DNA from: an uncultured Enterobacterales bacterium
Lineage (GTDB): Bacteria > Myxococcota_A > UBA796 > UBA2385
Assembly: GCA_964599085.1 (NCBI GenBank)
Contig: CAZRFD010000026.1
Coordinates: 1,982 to 65,981 of the forward strand
Direction: 5' to 3'
DNA length: 64,000 nt
Of the stretch, positions 18,149-27,310 are shown piece after piece (the stretch's first letter is position 1; each line of letters starts with the position of its first letter). Position numbers and translations under genes: made by a program. A model generated the notes under the pieces. That model saw only the letters and a program-made list of their open reading frames with translations. It searched no databases and had not been told where the DNA came from.

Positions 18149-19684
18149 TCAGCCGCCCGGCGGGTCCAGCTCGAAGTGCCCGCCAAGCCGCGGCACGGGC
18201 ACGACCCCGTCGCTCGCTGCGGGGACCCGCCCCGGGAGGTCGGCCTGCCACTGGATCGTGAGCACCGCGGGCTCGCCGCCCGGCCCGAAGACGAGGTCGC
18301 GCTCGATGCCGACGCGACGCAGGTAGGGCGAGAGGTGCTGGTCCCAGGAGGGCGTGGTCTGCAGCGCGCAGGGGATCTCCGGGGCGCTCTGGACTCGCAC
18401 GCGGCCCGGGGGAGCGGCGGCGATGGCTGCGGCGACCGCGCTCATGCCGAGGTCGTCGTCGACGGGGGCCCGCAGCCACTGCTGGGGACAGCCGGGGACC
18501 ACGGCCTGCAAGGGGGCCGGGAGCGTGGGCGAGGGGACCAGCGACCGCCAGGACAGCCAGGCGGCGCCGACGGCCGTCAGACCGGCCAGCGGCCACCGGG
18601 TCCGCCGGTCTTCGACCAGGGCGAGGCCGGCGAGCGCCGCGACGGCCGGTGCCAGGGGAGCGGCGAGGCGGGGGTACTTCTTGGGGACGAGGGCGAGCAG
18701 CAGCATGCCGCCCAGGAGCCAGGCGAGGGCGACGCGTGCGAGGTGGCGGCGGGGGCTGCCGCGGCCCAGGGCCCGCACCCCGGGCAGCGCTGCGAGGCAC
18801 AGCGCCGGGCCGGCGATGATCACGGCCATGGCAGCGGGGTACCAGAGCAGGTGCAGCAGTGGCGAAGCGCCGACGGCGCTGCCGGCGCTCCGCCCTCCAT
18901 AGGCGAGCTGTTCCTGGAGGTGGAGCAGGTACCAGGGGCCGGCGATTGCGCCGGCGACCGCGAAGGCGAGGAGGGCCGGGCGCAGGCTGCGTCGGCCAGC
19001 CTGCACCAGCGCCACGGCGACCGGCGGCCCGGCCAGCAACACGAAGGTCTGCTTGACGAGGAGGCCGCAGCCAAGCGCGGCGCCAAGAGCCAGCGCGCGG
19101 CCCGGAGACGGGCGCTCGGCAGCCCGTACCGCGGTCAGGACGGTGACGGCGACGGCGGCGACGAGCATGCCCTCGGGCATGAAGTGCCGGCTCAGGCCCA
19201 CCGGCAGCGGCAGCAGCGTGGTCAGGCCGGCAGCCAGCAGGCCAGCCCGGCGATCGTGCCGTCCGACGAGCAGGCCGACTGCGCCCGCGGCCACCAGCAC
19301 CCACAGCAGCCCGAGCCCGCGGACGGCGGCAGTGCCTGGCTCGCCGGTCCCGGTGGCCCACCACCAGGCGCCGGTCAGCGCGGCGTACAGCGAGGGGTAG
19401 TCGCCCATGTCGCCCACCCACAGCCGGGAGAGGAAGCCCCCCCAGTCGTGCCCGAGCAGGTCCTCCCGGAACAGCTCGGCGGCGCCGACGTGCCCCTCCT
19501 CGTCCCCGTCCCGGAGGAGGTGGTCGGAGGCGATCCACCACAGGTTGCCGACAGTCCAGGCCACGCCCCACAAGCCCGCGATCAGGCTTGTGGAAAACCT
19601 GTGGGTTCCTGTGGAAGAGTTCGCGGGCGGGGTCACGGTCGGCGCGGGGGGAGGGGTACGGTTGTGCTGTCGACAGCGAGGCAA
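18149..19684 (-). CDS. GT-C family glycosyltransferase (PMT/ArnT-like, GT39/GT83-type)
   Basis: Polytopic; first-loop acidic motif RDGDEEGH after TM1 (LIAGLWGVAWTVGNLWWIA), analogous to the DE motif of PMT/ArnT enzymes. Start ATG 1 nt after the upstream gene stop. Confidence 0.7.
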   Translation of the reverse strand: MPRCRQHNRTPPPAPTVTPPANSSTGTHRFSTSLIAGLWGVAWTVGNLWWIASDHLLRDGDEEGHVGAAELFREDLLGHDWGGFLSRLWVGDMGDYPSLYAALTGAWWWATGTGEPGTAAVRGLGLLWVLVAAGAVGLLVGRHDRRAGLLAAGLTTLLPLPVGLSRHFMPEGMLVAAVAVTVLTAVRAAERPSPGRALALGAALGCGLLVKQTFVLLAGPPVAVALVQAGRRSLRPALLAFAVAGAIAGPWYLLHLQEQLAYGGRSAGSAVGASPLLHLLWYPAAMAVIIAGPALCLAALPGVRALGRGSPRRHLARVALAWLLGGMLLLALVPKKYPRLAAPLAPAVAALAGLALVEDRRTRWPLAGLTAVGAAWLSWRSLVPSPTLPAPLQAVVPGCPQQWLRAPVDDDLGMSAVAAAIAAAPPGRVRVQSAPEIPCALQTTPSWDQHLSPYLRRVGIERDLVFGPGGEPAVLTIQWQADLPGRVPAASDGVVPVPRLGGHFELDPPGG

Positions 19685-19685
19685 T

Positions 19686-21524
19686 TCAGAAGGTCTGGCC
19701 GATCCGCAGAGTTACCCACAGGCCGGCCAGGATCAGACCGGGGAGCAGACTGCGGAGCGCGGCTGCCCGGGGAACGTCCGAGGCGGCGATGGACATGGGG
19801 CCGCAGAGTGCGACGAGCGGCAGGAAGTAGTGGGTAGGGTGGTGGTCGATGGTGCACAGCAGGGTGCTGTAGGCCAGGGCGCCGAGGACGAGGAAGCGGG
19901 TGCCGCGGCGGGCCGGCGTCGACCTGCCCACGCTGGCGAGCAGGGCCAGGAGCCAGGCGCCGCCGGCGTAGCGCAGCCACACCAGGTAGAAGTCGGGGAT
20001 CCGCGGTAGGAGGGAGGTGCCGCTGTAGTCGGCGTGCCAGTGCTCGGGGAAGGTCTCGAACCACAGGATGAACAGCAGATCCTGCATGCCGCCGAGGGCG
20101 ACCACGACGGCCGCGAACACCGCTCCGGCCGCCGCCAGCGCCCACAAGCGGACGAGCCCCCGCCAGGGCGGGCCGTGCCCCGAGACGCGCCAGGCGAGCG
20201 CCAGCAGCGTGGCCAGCACGACCCCCGGCCAGCGCAGCAGGCCGGCGGCGATGCCGAGCAGGGCGAAGCCCATGTGGCGCTCCTCCGCCAGGGCGAGGGC
20301 GACGGCGAGCACCGCTGCGGCGTACAGGCTGTCGGGGAAGTTCGTGCTGCCGGGCTCGAACATCAGGAGGGCGTGGACGGCGACCAGGGCTGGTGGGACC
20401 AGCCAGGCCAGCGGCGGTGCCCGGGGAGCCAGCACCGAGCCGAGGCGGATCCCCGTCAGGCCGACCAGGGTGATGACGCCGAGGAAGAGGAGGTTGTTGG
20501 CGGGGAGATCGGGCTTGCCGAACAGGAGCGTCGTGGCGAGCAGCGGGCTCCAGCCCGGCGGCTGGTTGAGCGTGAACCAGCGCCAGTCGAGGACCTCGCG
20601 GGCCCAGTCCAGGTTCTCGACCTGGTTGAGGATCTGCCAGTAGTGGGTGTAGCGCAGCTCACCGTCGGCGTGGGCCGACCAGACGGCCTCGGTCCCTGGC
20701 AGCAGGTACAGCCGCGCGCCCTCGGCCTGGACCGCAAGCTCCTCGCCCGTCTCCATGTCGACATCGACGGCGAGGGCGGCGGTGCCGGCGTCGAGGTAGC
20801 GTCGCACCGGCGCCTCCTCGCCCTGCTCCATGACGCTGGCCTGTACCGTGGTGTGCTGATCGCCCACGGTGAGCTGGCTGCCCAGCGGCCCTCGGACGGC
20901 GAGGATGATGCGGCCGTGGGCGGGTCCGGCGGCGCGCAGGTGCACCTCGGTCGGGCCGTCGGGGAGGTCGAGGCGGACCGCCCCTGACTCGGGCCAGCCG
21001 AGCGGGTGGACGGCCGCCTGCCAGTCCAGTGCGGGCTCGACGGGCAGGATCTCGTGGCCCTCGTCGGCGGCCCCTTCCAGCCACCAGTAGCCGTCGAGGG
21101 GGCGCAGCAGGTCACCCTGGCGCCACCAGGCCGACAGCAGGACCGCGGCGACGACCGCCGCGCCACCCAGCCACTCACGCCGCGGGGTGGTCGGGCGGGG
21201 AAGGCCGCGGGCCAGCGTGGTGCCCGCCAGCCACCACGAGAGCGTCAGGACCAGCAGACCCCAGGCCGCCAGGTCACCGCGCAGGCCGACCGTGCGCACC
21301 AGCGCGACGTCCAGCCAGGTCGCCGCCGCTGACAGCCAGCAGGCGTCGATGACCACCGCGAGCCCCGTCGTGGACTCCCCTCCGTTGCGGGCCCGCAGCC
21401 AGCGGGCCCAGCCCGAACCCGGGGCCCACATCAGGCCGGGTACGGCGAGCGCTCCGCTCAGCCACCACGGGCCGGAGAGGCCCAGGGCCAGGGCGGTCGC
21501 GATGATGGTGGCCAGCGCGATCAC
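19686..21524 (-). CDS. Polytopic membrane protein with central soluble domain, possible second GT-C-like enzyme
   Basis: GTG start overlaps the cupin stop (GTGA). About 4 N-terminal TMs, then WWLEGAADEGHEILPVEP and a ~200-aa soluble segment, then about 8 further TMs. The ORF-track N-terminal 107 aa (Arg/Pro-rich) overlaps the cupin gene and is rejected. Confidence 0.65.
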   Translation of the reverse strand: MIALATIIATALALGLSGPWWLSGALAVPGLMWAPGSGWARWLRARNGGESTTGLAVVIDACWLSAAATWLDVALVRTVGLRGDLAAWGLLVLTLSWWLAGTTLARGLPRPTTPRREWLGGAAVVAAVLLSAWWRQGDLLRPLDGYWWLEGAADEGHEILPVEPALDWQAAVHPLGWPESGAVRLDLPDGPTEVHLRAAGPAHGRIILAVRGPLGSQLTVGDQHTTVQASVMEQGEEAPVRRYLDAGTAALAVDVDMETGEELAVQAEGARLYLLPGTEAVWSAHADGELRYTHYWQILNQVENLDWAREVLDWRWFTLNQPPGWSPLLATTLLFGKPDLPANNLLFLGVITLVGLTGIRLGSVLAPRAPPLAWLVPPALVAVHALLMFEPGSTNFPDSLYAAAVLAVALALAEERHMGFALLGIAAGLLRWPGVVLATLLALAWRVSGHGPPWRGLVRLWALAAAGAVFAAVVVALGGMQDLLFILWFETFPEHWHADYSGTSLLPRIPDFYLVWLRYAGGAWLLALLASVGRSTPARRGTRFLVLGALAYSTLLCTIDHHPTHYFLPLVALCGPMSIAASDVPRAAALRSLLPGLILAGLWVTLRIGQTF

Positions 21525-21913
21525 GGCACGCCAGCGGCGGGCGGTCCGACCGGCCAGGGCTCGGTGCCCTCGTGGGGGTGGGCGCGGTCGGCGATCGCCA
21601 GGACCAGCGCGGGTCCGTCCAGGGCGAAGAGGGCGTGGGCCTGGCCGGGCTCGACCCGGACGCGCCGGTCGGCGAGCGCGACCTCGGCCCGGGCCCCGGT
21701 CGCGGGGTCCTCGACGACCAGCAGCGCGCGTCCCTGCAGCAGGAGGAACCACTCGCCGCTGTGTCGGTGCAGGTGGTGTCCGCGGGGGTGCCCGGGGCGC
21801 AGCTCGACAGCGTAGACCTCTCCCTCGACCGCCGCCGGCCAGCACTTGATCAGGGCACCGCGCGGGCCTTCGTGACGCTGCACGGCCTCGCTGCGCAGGA
21901 TCAGCGGGCGCAC
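21521..21913 (-). CDS. Cupin-domain protein (sugar epimerase/isomerase-like small barrel)
   Basis: Cupin motifs LRPGHPRGHHLHRHSGEWFLLLQG and VRVEPGQAHAL. Start tentatively the GTG overlapping the epimerase stop by 13 nt; an alternative GTG 27 nt downstream is possible. Confidence 0.6.
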   Translation of the reverse strand: MRPLILRSEAVQRHEGPRGALIKCWPAAVEGEVYAVELRPGHPRGHHLHRHSGEWFLLLQGRALLVVEDPATGARAEVALADRRVRVEPGQAHALFALDGPALVLAIADRAHPHEGTEPWPVGPPAAGVP

Positions 21914-22845
21914 AGGGCCTCCTGTTCCCGGCGGTACCAGGCCAGGGTGTCGAGCAGGGCGGTGTCGAGCTCTTCGTGGGGGAGGGGGCCGATGAGCGCG
22001 TCGGTGGCGCGGTGGTCTCCCCAGAAGGCGTCGACCTCTCCCGGACGGCGCGGCAGCACGCCCGGCTGGTGCAGCGCCGGATCGGCGCCGGCGAGGCGGA
22101 AGATGCGCTGGACCATGTCGTGGACGGAGAGCCGCGGACCGCCGCCGAGGTTCAGCAGGCGGCCGACGCTGTCGGGGTGGGCGGCGACGGCGACGATGCC
22201 GTGGGCGATGGCGTCGACGTGGTTCCACTCGCGGACCTGGCGGCCGTCGGTGGTGGGCAGCGCCTGGCGGGCGAGGGCGGCGCGGCAGGCCGCGGGGATG
22301 AGCCCCCGGGCTTCGCCGGGGCCGAAGGCGCGGAAGGGCCGCACGACCGTGGCGCGCAGGCCGTGGCTGCGGTGCAGACCGAGCACCCAGGTGGTCGCTG
22401 CGGCCTTGAGCGTCGAGTACGGCGAGGTCGGGGAGGCTGGCGCGTCGGGCGAGAACGGCACCGGACCGCCGGCCGACTCTTCGCAGGTGCCGACCTGGAC
22501 GAAGCGGAGATCGAGGTCCAGGGCCGCGCGCGACAGCGCCACGCTGGTGTCCAGGATGCCGGGGCGGAGCGTGTCGTACAGCTGTGGATCGCGCCGGAGA
22601 TCGACGGGGCTGGCGAGGTGCAGGACGACGTCGGGGCGCACGGCGTCGAGGAGGGGGCGGGCGTCGACTGGGAAGCGGGCCGGCCAGGCGTGGACGCCGG
22701 GGGGGCAGGGGCGGCGGTGCTTGGTGCCGTGCACGTCAGCGCCCGCCGCCAGCAGGAGCTGGCAGACGGCCCCACCGAGGAAGCCCGACGCACCCGTGAC
22801 GAGCACGCGACGTTGTCGCCAGGCTTGGGGGCCGGTCCACTGCAC
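21901..22845 (-). CDS. NAD-dependent epimerase/dehydratase (extended SDR)
   Basis: VLVTGASGFLG Rossmann motif; YSTLK catalytic YxxxK. Confidence 0.8.
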   Translation of the reverse strand: MQWTGPQAWRQRRVLVTGASGFLGGAVCQLLLAAGADVHGTKHRRPCPPGVHAWPARFPVDARPLLDAVRPDVVLHLASPVDLRRDPQLYDTLRPGILDTSVALSRAALDLDLRFVQVGTCEESAGGPVPFSPDAPASPTSPYSTLKAAATTWVLGLHRSHGLRATVVRPFRAFGPGEARGLIPAACRAALARQALPTTDGRQVREWNHVDAIAHGIVAVAAHPDSVGRLLNLGGGPRLSVHDMVQRIFRLAGADPALHQPGVLPRRPGEVDAFWGDHRATDALIGPLPHEELDTALLDTLAWYRREQEALCAR

Positions 22846-22863
22846 GGCGGTACTCTACAGCCG

Positions 22864-23598
22864 ATGGCCGGTCCCCTCCGCCCGATCCTGGTGTTGCTGC
22901 TGTGTGCCGGCTGCTCGCTGCACGCCGCGACCGAGGTACACAAGGACAGCGCGCTGGACGACAGCGGCGAGCCGGCGGGCGACACGGGCGCGACGGTGGA
23001 TGGCGGCGACGGGGGCTTGGCCGGAGATGGTGCGGCGAGCGATGGGGCGGCCGAGGACGGCGGGGCGCTGGATCCCGACGACGGTGACGGCGACGGCTGG
23101 ACCGCGGCCGAGGGCGACTGCGACGACGCCGACGCGGCCGTCCACCCCGAGCAGGCCGACGAGTGCGACGGCACCGACAGCGACTGCGACGGCGTCGTGG
23201 ACGAAGACGCACGCGACCACGACCCTACAGAACCCAACGACGATGTCCCCTGGTCGCTGGGCGACCTCTCTTCCGACCCGCAGCTCCAGACCCTGGCCAG
23301 CCTGACGAACGACGACGACGTCGATCGCTTCGACTTCACCTTCGACGACGGCGGCCTCTCCCTGTTCACGCTGACCGTGGCGGTGAGCAACGTGCCGGCG
23401 GGCAGCAGCTACCGGGTCCGCCTCGAGCACCTCGACCGGGGCGAGGTCGTCTACGACGACTCCGGCAGCGGCACGCTGGCGGTGGAGGTGTCGGACACCC
23501 TGCTGCAGGACGACGGCGGCACCTGGGAGCTGACCGTGTCCAGCGAGCACGGCGCCGACTGCGGGGTCGACTACCTGGTGAGCGCGCGGCTGGACTGA
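22864..23598 (+). CDS. Lipoprotein with MopE-like putative metal-binding Cys/Asp motifs
   Basis: MAGPLRPILVLLLCAGCSLH (lipobox LCAGC). DPDDGDGDGWTAAEGDCDDADAAVHPEQADECDGTDSDCDGVVDED resembles the myxobacterial putative metal-binding motif (MopE-type). Confidence 0.7.
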   Translation: MAGPLRPILVLLLCAGCSLHAATEVHKDSALDDSGEPAGDTGATVDGGDGGLAGDGAASDGAAEDGGALDPDDGDGDGWTAAEGDCDDADAAVHPEQADECDGTDSDCDGVVDEDARDHDPTEPNDDVPWSLGDLSSDPQLQTLASLTNDDDVDRFDFTFDDGGLSLFTLTVAVSNVPAGSSYRVRLEHLDRGEVVYDDSGSGTLAVEVSDTLLQDDGGTWELTVSSEHGADCGVDYLVSARLD

Positions 23599-23654
23599 CG
23601 GCGCGCCACGCCCGTGGGTGCCAGAGGGACGCAGCACTCGGCGGAGGCCGGAGG

Positions 23655-24842
23655 TCAGAAGCGCGCCTGGTGTTCGAGCAGCAGGCGCGCTCGTCGGAGG
23701 CTGGCCCGGCTGCGCAGCCAGCGCAGGAGCTGGTCAGTGGCGGCGTCGGTCGTGCCCAGGTCGGCCTGCACGAGGCCGCGGAGGGCTTCGTCGCCGGTCC
23801 CGCGGGTGGCCCAGGCGCGGAGGAGCACGCGGGCCGCCTGGGCGTCCAGGCCGCGCCTCGCCGTCCAGACCACGGGCAGCGCGTCGGGGCTGGCGCTGGC
23901 GCTGCTGCCCCCGCGCAGGACCGCTCCGTCGCTGTGCACGAGGACGAGGACGCCGTCGGGGGCGGCCCGCACGCAGGTGTGTACCCTGGGTGGTGGGAGG
24001 GTCCGATCCAGTGCGCGCGTGGCGGCCGTCAGCCGTCGGGTGCGGCCACGTCGGCCGGCGAGGCGGGCAGCGATGCGCAGGCGGTGACGTTGCTCCAGGA
24101 GCGTGCTGGCCAGCGTCTCGCGCAGCAGTCGGAGGCCGACGGCGGCCGAGGGGGGCGGGTCGGTGGTCCAGGCCAAGGCCAGCGCGCCGACGGGGTGGGC
24201 GCCGGTCGGGTCGAGGGCGGCGACGGCGGTGGCCAGCCCCGACAGGTCCTGGGCGACGGTGCGCCGCCGATCGAAGGGGTCCAACCACAGCAGCCGTGCC
24301 CCACTGGGACCCTCGTGGAGCAGCGCGCCGATGGGCCCGCCGTGGCGCAGGTCCGCGTCATGCAGGCGGCGCAGTCCGTCGAGGCCGGCCCCCAGCAGGC
24401 GGGCCAGGACGCGGCCGTCCGCGGCGTCCTCCACCGGGAGGCGGTCGAGGAGAGGAGCCCCGGGTGCGACCACCCGGATGTGCGGCCAGTCGCCACCCGT
24501 CCGTAGCTCGAGCGCGTGCAGGTGACGCACGCGGCTGGGGGCCAGCTCGAAGCGCCGGCGCATCACGGGGTCGTCGCGCCACCGGGCCCGCAGGCAGCGC
24601 AGCACGACGCGCAGACCGTCGTCGATCCGCCAGGCCTCCCAGGTCGTGGCCAGGGGGTCCACCGCCAGCAGACGGGCGCGCCGGACCCCGTCGATCATCG
24701 GAGGGAGCGCTTCGGTCGCCAGCTCCAGCTCGCGCAGCCACAGGGTCGCGTCGTCGTCGCCCCGATCCGCGGCCGCGCGGCGCTCGGCGGCCAGCCAGGG
24801 GCCGGTCGGCGGCAGGAAGAGGTCGGGGTGGGTTGCGCTCAC
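23655..24842 (-). CDS. Hypothetical protein (possible degenerate kinase-like fold)
   Basis: 395 aa, Leu/Ala/Arg-rich. LHDADLRHGGPIG is reminiscent of a kinase catalytic loop but not diagnostic. Follows murJ by 25 nt on the same strand. Competing Arg-rich plus-strand ORFs rejected. Confidence 0.45.
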   Translation of the reverse strand: MSATHPDLFLPPTGPWLAAERRAAADRGDDDATLWLRELELATEALPPMIDGVRRARLLAVDPLATTWEAWRIDDGLRVVLRCLRARWRDDPVMRRRFELAPSRVRHLHALELRTGGDWPHIRVVAPGAPLLDRLPVEDAADGRVLARLLGAGLDGLRRLHDADLRHGGPIGALLHEGPSGARLLWLDPFDRRRTVAQDLSGLATAVAALDPTGAHPVGALALAWTTDPPPSAAVGLRLLRETLASTLLEQRHRLRIAARLAGRRGRTRRLTAATRALDRTLPPPRVHTCVRAAPDGVLVLVHSDGAVLRGGSSASASPDALPVVWTARRGLDAQAARVLLRAWATRGTGDEALRGLVQADLGTTDAATDQLLRWLRSRASLRRARLLLEHQARF

Positions 24843-24867
24843 GGCAGAGGACTAGCGCACTGAGCCC

Positions 24868-26424
24868 TCAGCGGCCGGCGCGGCGGCGGATCCGTCGTCC
24901 GACCCGTCGTCCGATCATGTCGAGGACCTCGCGGGCTTCGGGCAGGCCGACCGCCAGGATGGCGGCGAGGTAGGTGAGCCCGGCCGTACCGCCGAGCAGC
25001 GCACCCCGCACCAGGGCCGCGTCGGGGAGCGGCGCCAGCCGGTCCAGCAGCGCTGCGGCCGCCACGCCGGCGGCCACGGCGGGCGCGGCGCGCAGGGCGA
25101 AGCCTGCGAAGCCGTCCGCCACCCCGGGGTACTGCCGGCGCAGCAGCAGGATCAGCAGCAGGACGTAGGTGCTCACGGCGCCGGAGCTGGCGACGGCCAG
25201 CCCCACGGTGCCGAATTGGCGGCCCAGCCACCAGTAGGCCGGGTAGGCGACGGCGAGCACGGCGGTCCCGAGCAGCGAGGGCAGCCACGTGCGCCCCTGG
25301 ACGTAGAAGCCACGTGCGACGATGGTCTGGGCCGCCCAGGCCCACAGGGCGAGGCAGAAGATGGTCAGCGCGATTCCGATGTCGCCGTGCTGGTCGTGGG
25401 GAATGCGGCTGCCGTAGATCACCCGGGAGATCTCGGTGCCCGCGGCCGTGAGCACGACCTGTGCCCCCAGGGCCAGGACCAGCATGCGGCGGACGGCGCC
25501 GGCCAGCGTCCGGTAGGCGTCGGCGTGCTTGCCCTCTCCGACGAGGCGCGCGAGCGTGGGGTAGGCGGCGACGCCGGTCGCCAGCCCGAAGACCCCCATC
25601 GGGACCTTCATCAGCTTCTTGGCGTACTCCAGGGTCGCGACCGCCCCCTCGCCGAGCTGCGAGGCTTCTCGCCCGAGCACGGTGTCGTCGAGGGCGATGA
25701 TGCTGAAGGCCAGCATGATCGGCAGGGACCGCCACAGCCAGGCGCGGAGATCGGGGTGTCGCAGCGACAGCACGGGCCGCCAGCGCATGCCGGCCCGCAG
25801 ACAGCCGATCAAGGGCAGCAGGAAGGGGCCCAGCGCGCTGCCCGCGAGCACGCCCCAGGCGAAGCCTCGTGCGCCGGCTTCCGGGCCGCCCACGAGACCG
25901 CCGACGATGATGCCCGTGGCGTACACCAGCGGGGCGAGCGCAGGCAGGGCGTGCCGGTCCTTGGCCTGGAGCGCCGCCGACAGCAGGCCTCCGACCAGGT
26001 GGAAGAGCTGGGCTGGCAGGATGATGCGGGTCAGCAGCACCAGCTCCTGTCTGCCCGCGGCGTCGAGCCCCGGCGCAAAGATCGGCGGCACCACGTGGGG
26101 CACCGCCAGCCACATCCCGGTCCCGACGACGGCGAGGACGGCGAGGATGGCGTTGGCCACGACGCTGAAGCTGGTCCAGGCGCCCGCTTCGTCGTCGCGG
26201 GCGAGGTAGCCCGAGAAGATGGGGATGAAGACGATGCTCAGCGCGCCGCCGGCGAGCAGGTAGTTGAGGAAGTCCGGCAGCCGGAAGGACAGGAAGTAGA
26301 GATCGGCGTCGGTGCCGCCCCCCAGGACCCGGCCGATCACGGCTTCGCGCACGAGGCCGACCACGCGCGAAAGCAGGATGCTCGCGCTCCAGATCGCCGC
26401 GGCGATGCCGATGCGCCGGCTCAT
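24868..26424 (-). CDS. murJ: Lipid II flippase MurJ (MviN)
   Basis: 518 aa, about 14 TM. N-terminal SRRIGIAAAIWSASILLSRVVGLVREAVIGRVLG and overall MOP-superfamily pattern. Confidence 0.85.
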   Translation of the reverse strand: MSRRIGIAAAIWSASILLSRVVGLVREAVIGRVLGGGTDADLYFLSFRLPDFLNYLLAGGALSIVFIPIFSGYLARDDEAGAWTSFSVVANAILAVLAVVGTGMWLAVPHVVPPIFAPGLDAAGRQELVLLTRIILPAQLFHLVGGLLSAALQAKDRHALPALAPLVYATGIIVGGLVGGPEAGARGFAWGVLAGSALGPFLLPLIGCLRAGMRWRPVLSLRHPDLRAWLWRSLPIMLAFSIIALDDTVLGREASQLGEGAVATLEYAKKLMKVPMGVFGLATGVAAYPTLARLVGEGKHADAYRTLAGAVRRMLVLALGAQVVLTAAGTEISRVIYGSRIPHDQHGDIGIALTIFCLALWAWAAQTIVARGFYVQGRTWLPSLLGTAVLAVAYPAYWWLGRQFGTVGLAVASSGAVSTYVLLLILLLRRQYPGVADGFAGFALRAAPAVAAGVAAAALLDRLAPLPDAALVRGALLGGTAGLTYLAAILAVGLPEAREVLDMIGRRVGRRIRRRAGR

Positions 26425-26488
26425 GCCGCGTCCCGTTGGCGCGTGGCAGCGGTCCGGAGGAGTCGCGCGGCCGCCCGCCGCCGCGCGC

Positions 26489-27277
26489 TCACCTGCAGGT
26501 CCAGTCGGCCAGCAAGGTGAGCGAGGGATCGCCGGGTCCCTCGGTCAGCCGGTAGAGCGTGACGCGGCTGCGCGACCAGGCGGCCAGCTCGCGGTGTCCG
26601 TCCCCGTCGAGGTCGGTGGGGGGCAGCACGCGCAGGGTCTCGCAGGCGCCGTCGATGCGGTGCCAGGTCAGCACCTTGCCTGCGTCGACGTCGAGGATCG
26701 CCAGCGCGCCGGTGCAGTCGCGGACCCCGGCGGCGATCAGCACCGGGGGCGCCAGCTCGCGGCGGACCTTCGCGACGCTGCCCAGCTCGACGCCCCGGCC
26801 CTTCGTCGGGTCGGGGGTGGTGACGAGCGGGCTGAACAGGTCGGCTTCGGGCAGCAGCTCGTCGAGTCGCCAAACAGCACGTTCCACGAGGGCGGCGCGG
26901 ACGACTGGCGCGGGCACGATCTCCGGCGTCGGGGACCCGGCGGGTGGGATGATCATCGCCCCGGTCGCCGGGGCGATCCCCTCGCCGCAGGCGCCCTGCT
27001 GGCCGGAGCCGGACAGCGGCACCACCGCGCGCGCGCCGGCCGCGAGGTCGCCGGTCGTCGTGCGGTACCACGACCCGTCCCGCGCCAGGACCGCGCCCCA
27101 GCCTTCTTCGTGACCGACGGCGGCCTGCGGCACGCCGGTTGTGTCGGCGGTCGCCGCCTGGTCGACCCCGGCCTGCACCGCCTTGTCTCTGGTTTGCGGT
27201 GCGCCGACTTCGTCGGGCCCGGTCTGCGGCGCTTGCGCGCACGCGGCGACGAGCAGGAACAGGGATGCGGCCAGCAT
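26489..27277 (-). CDS. Hypothetical lipoprotein
   Basis: MLAASLFLLVAACAQ (lipobox VAAC). Contains a DLDGDGHRELA FG-GAP-like fragment. 262 aa. Confidence 0.6.
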   Translation of the reverse strand: MLAASLFLLVAACAQAPQTGPDEVGAPQTRDKAVQAGVDQAATADTTGVPQAAVGHEEGWGAVLARDGSWYRTTTGDLAAGARAVVPLSGSGQQGACGEGIAPATGAMIIPPAGSPTPEIVPAPVVRAALVERAVWRLDELLPEADLFSPLVTTPDPTKGRGVELGSVAKVRRELAPPVLIAAGVRDCTGALAILDVDAGKVLTWHRIDGACETLRVLPPTDLDGDGHRELAAWSRSRVTLYRLTEGPGDPSLTLLADWTCR

Positions 27278-27310
27278 GCGCGGGCACCTATCACCGCCGG
27301 CTGGCCGCGG

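Noticed and set aside
18099-19837. ORFs 18099..19571- and 18176..19837+ overlapping the GT-C gene
   Set aside because: Arg/Gly-rich shadow frames. The 18149..19684 frame has TM helices and the DE-type loop motif.
23163-24973. Plus-strand Arg-rich ORFs 23163..24506 and 23618..24973 opposite the 395-aa hypothetical
   Set aside because: More than 25% Arg/Gly, and they run through the MopE-lipoprotein 3' end and the murJ 3' end. Judged less protein-like than the minus-strand frame, though the minus-strand gene itself is only moderately supported.
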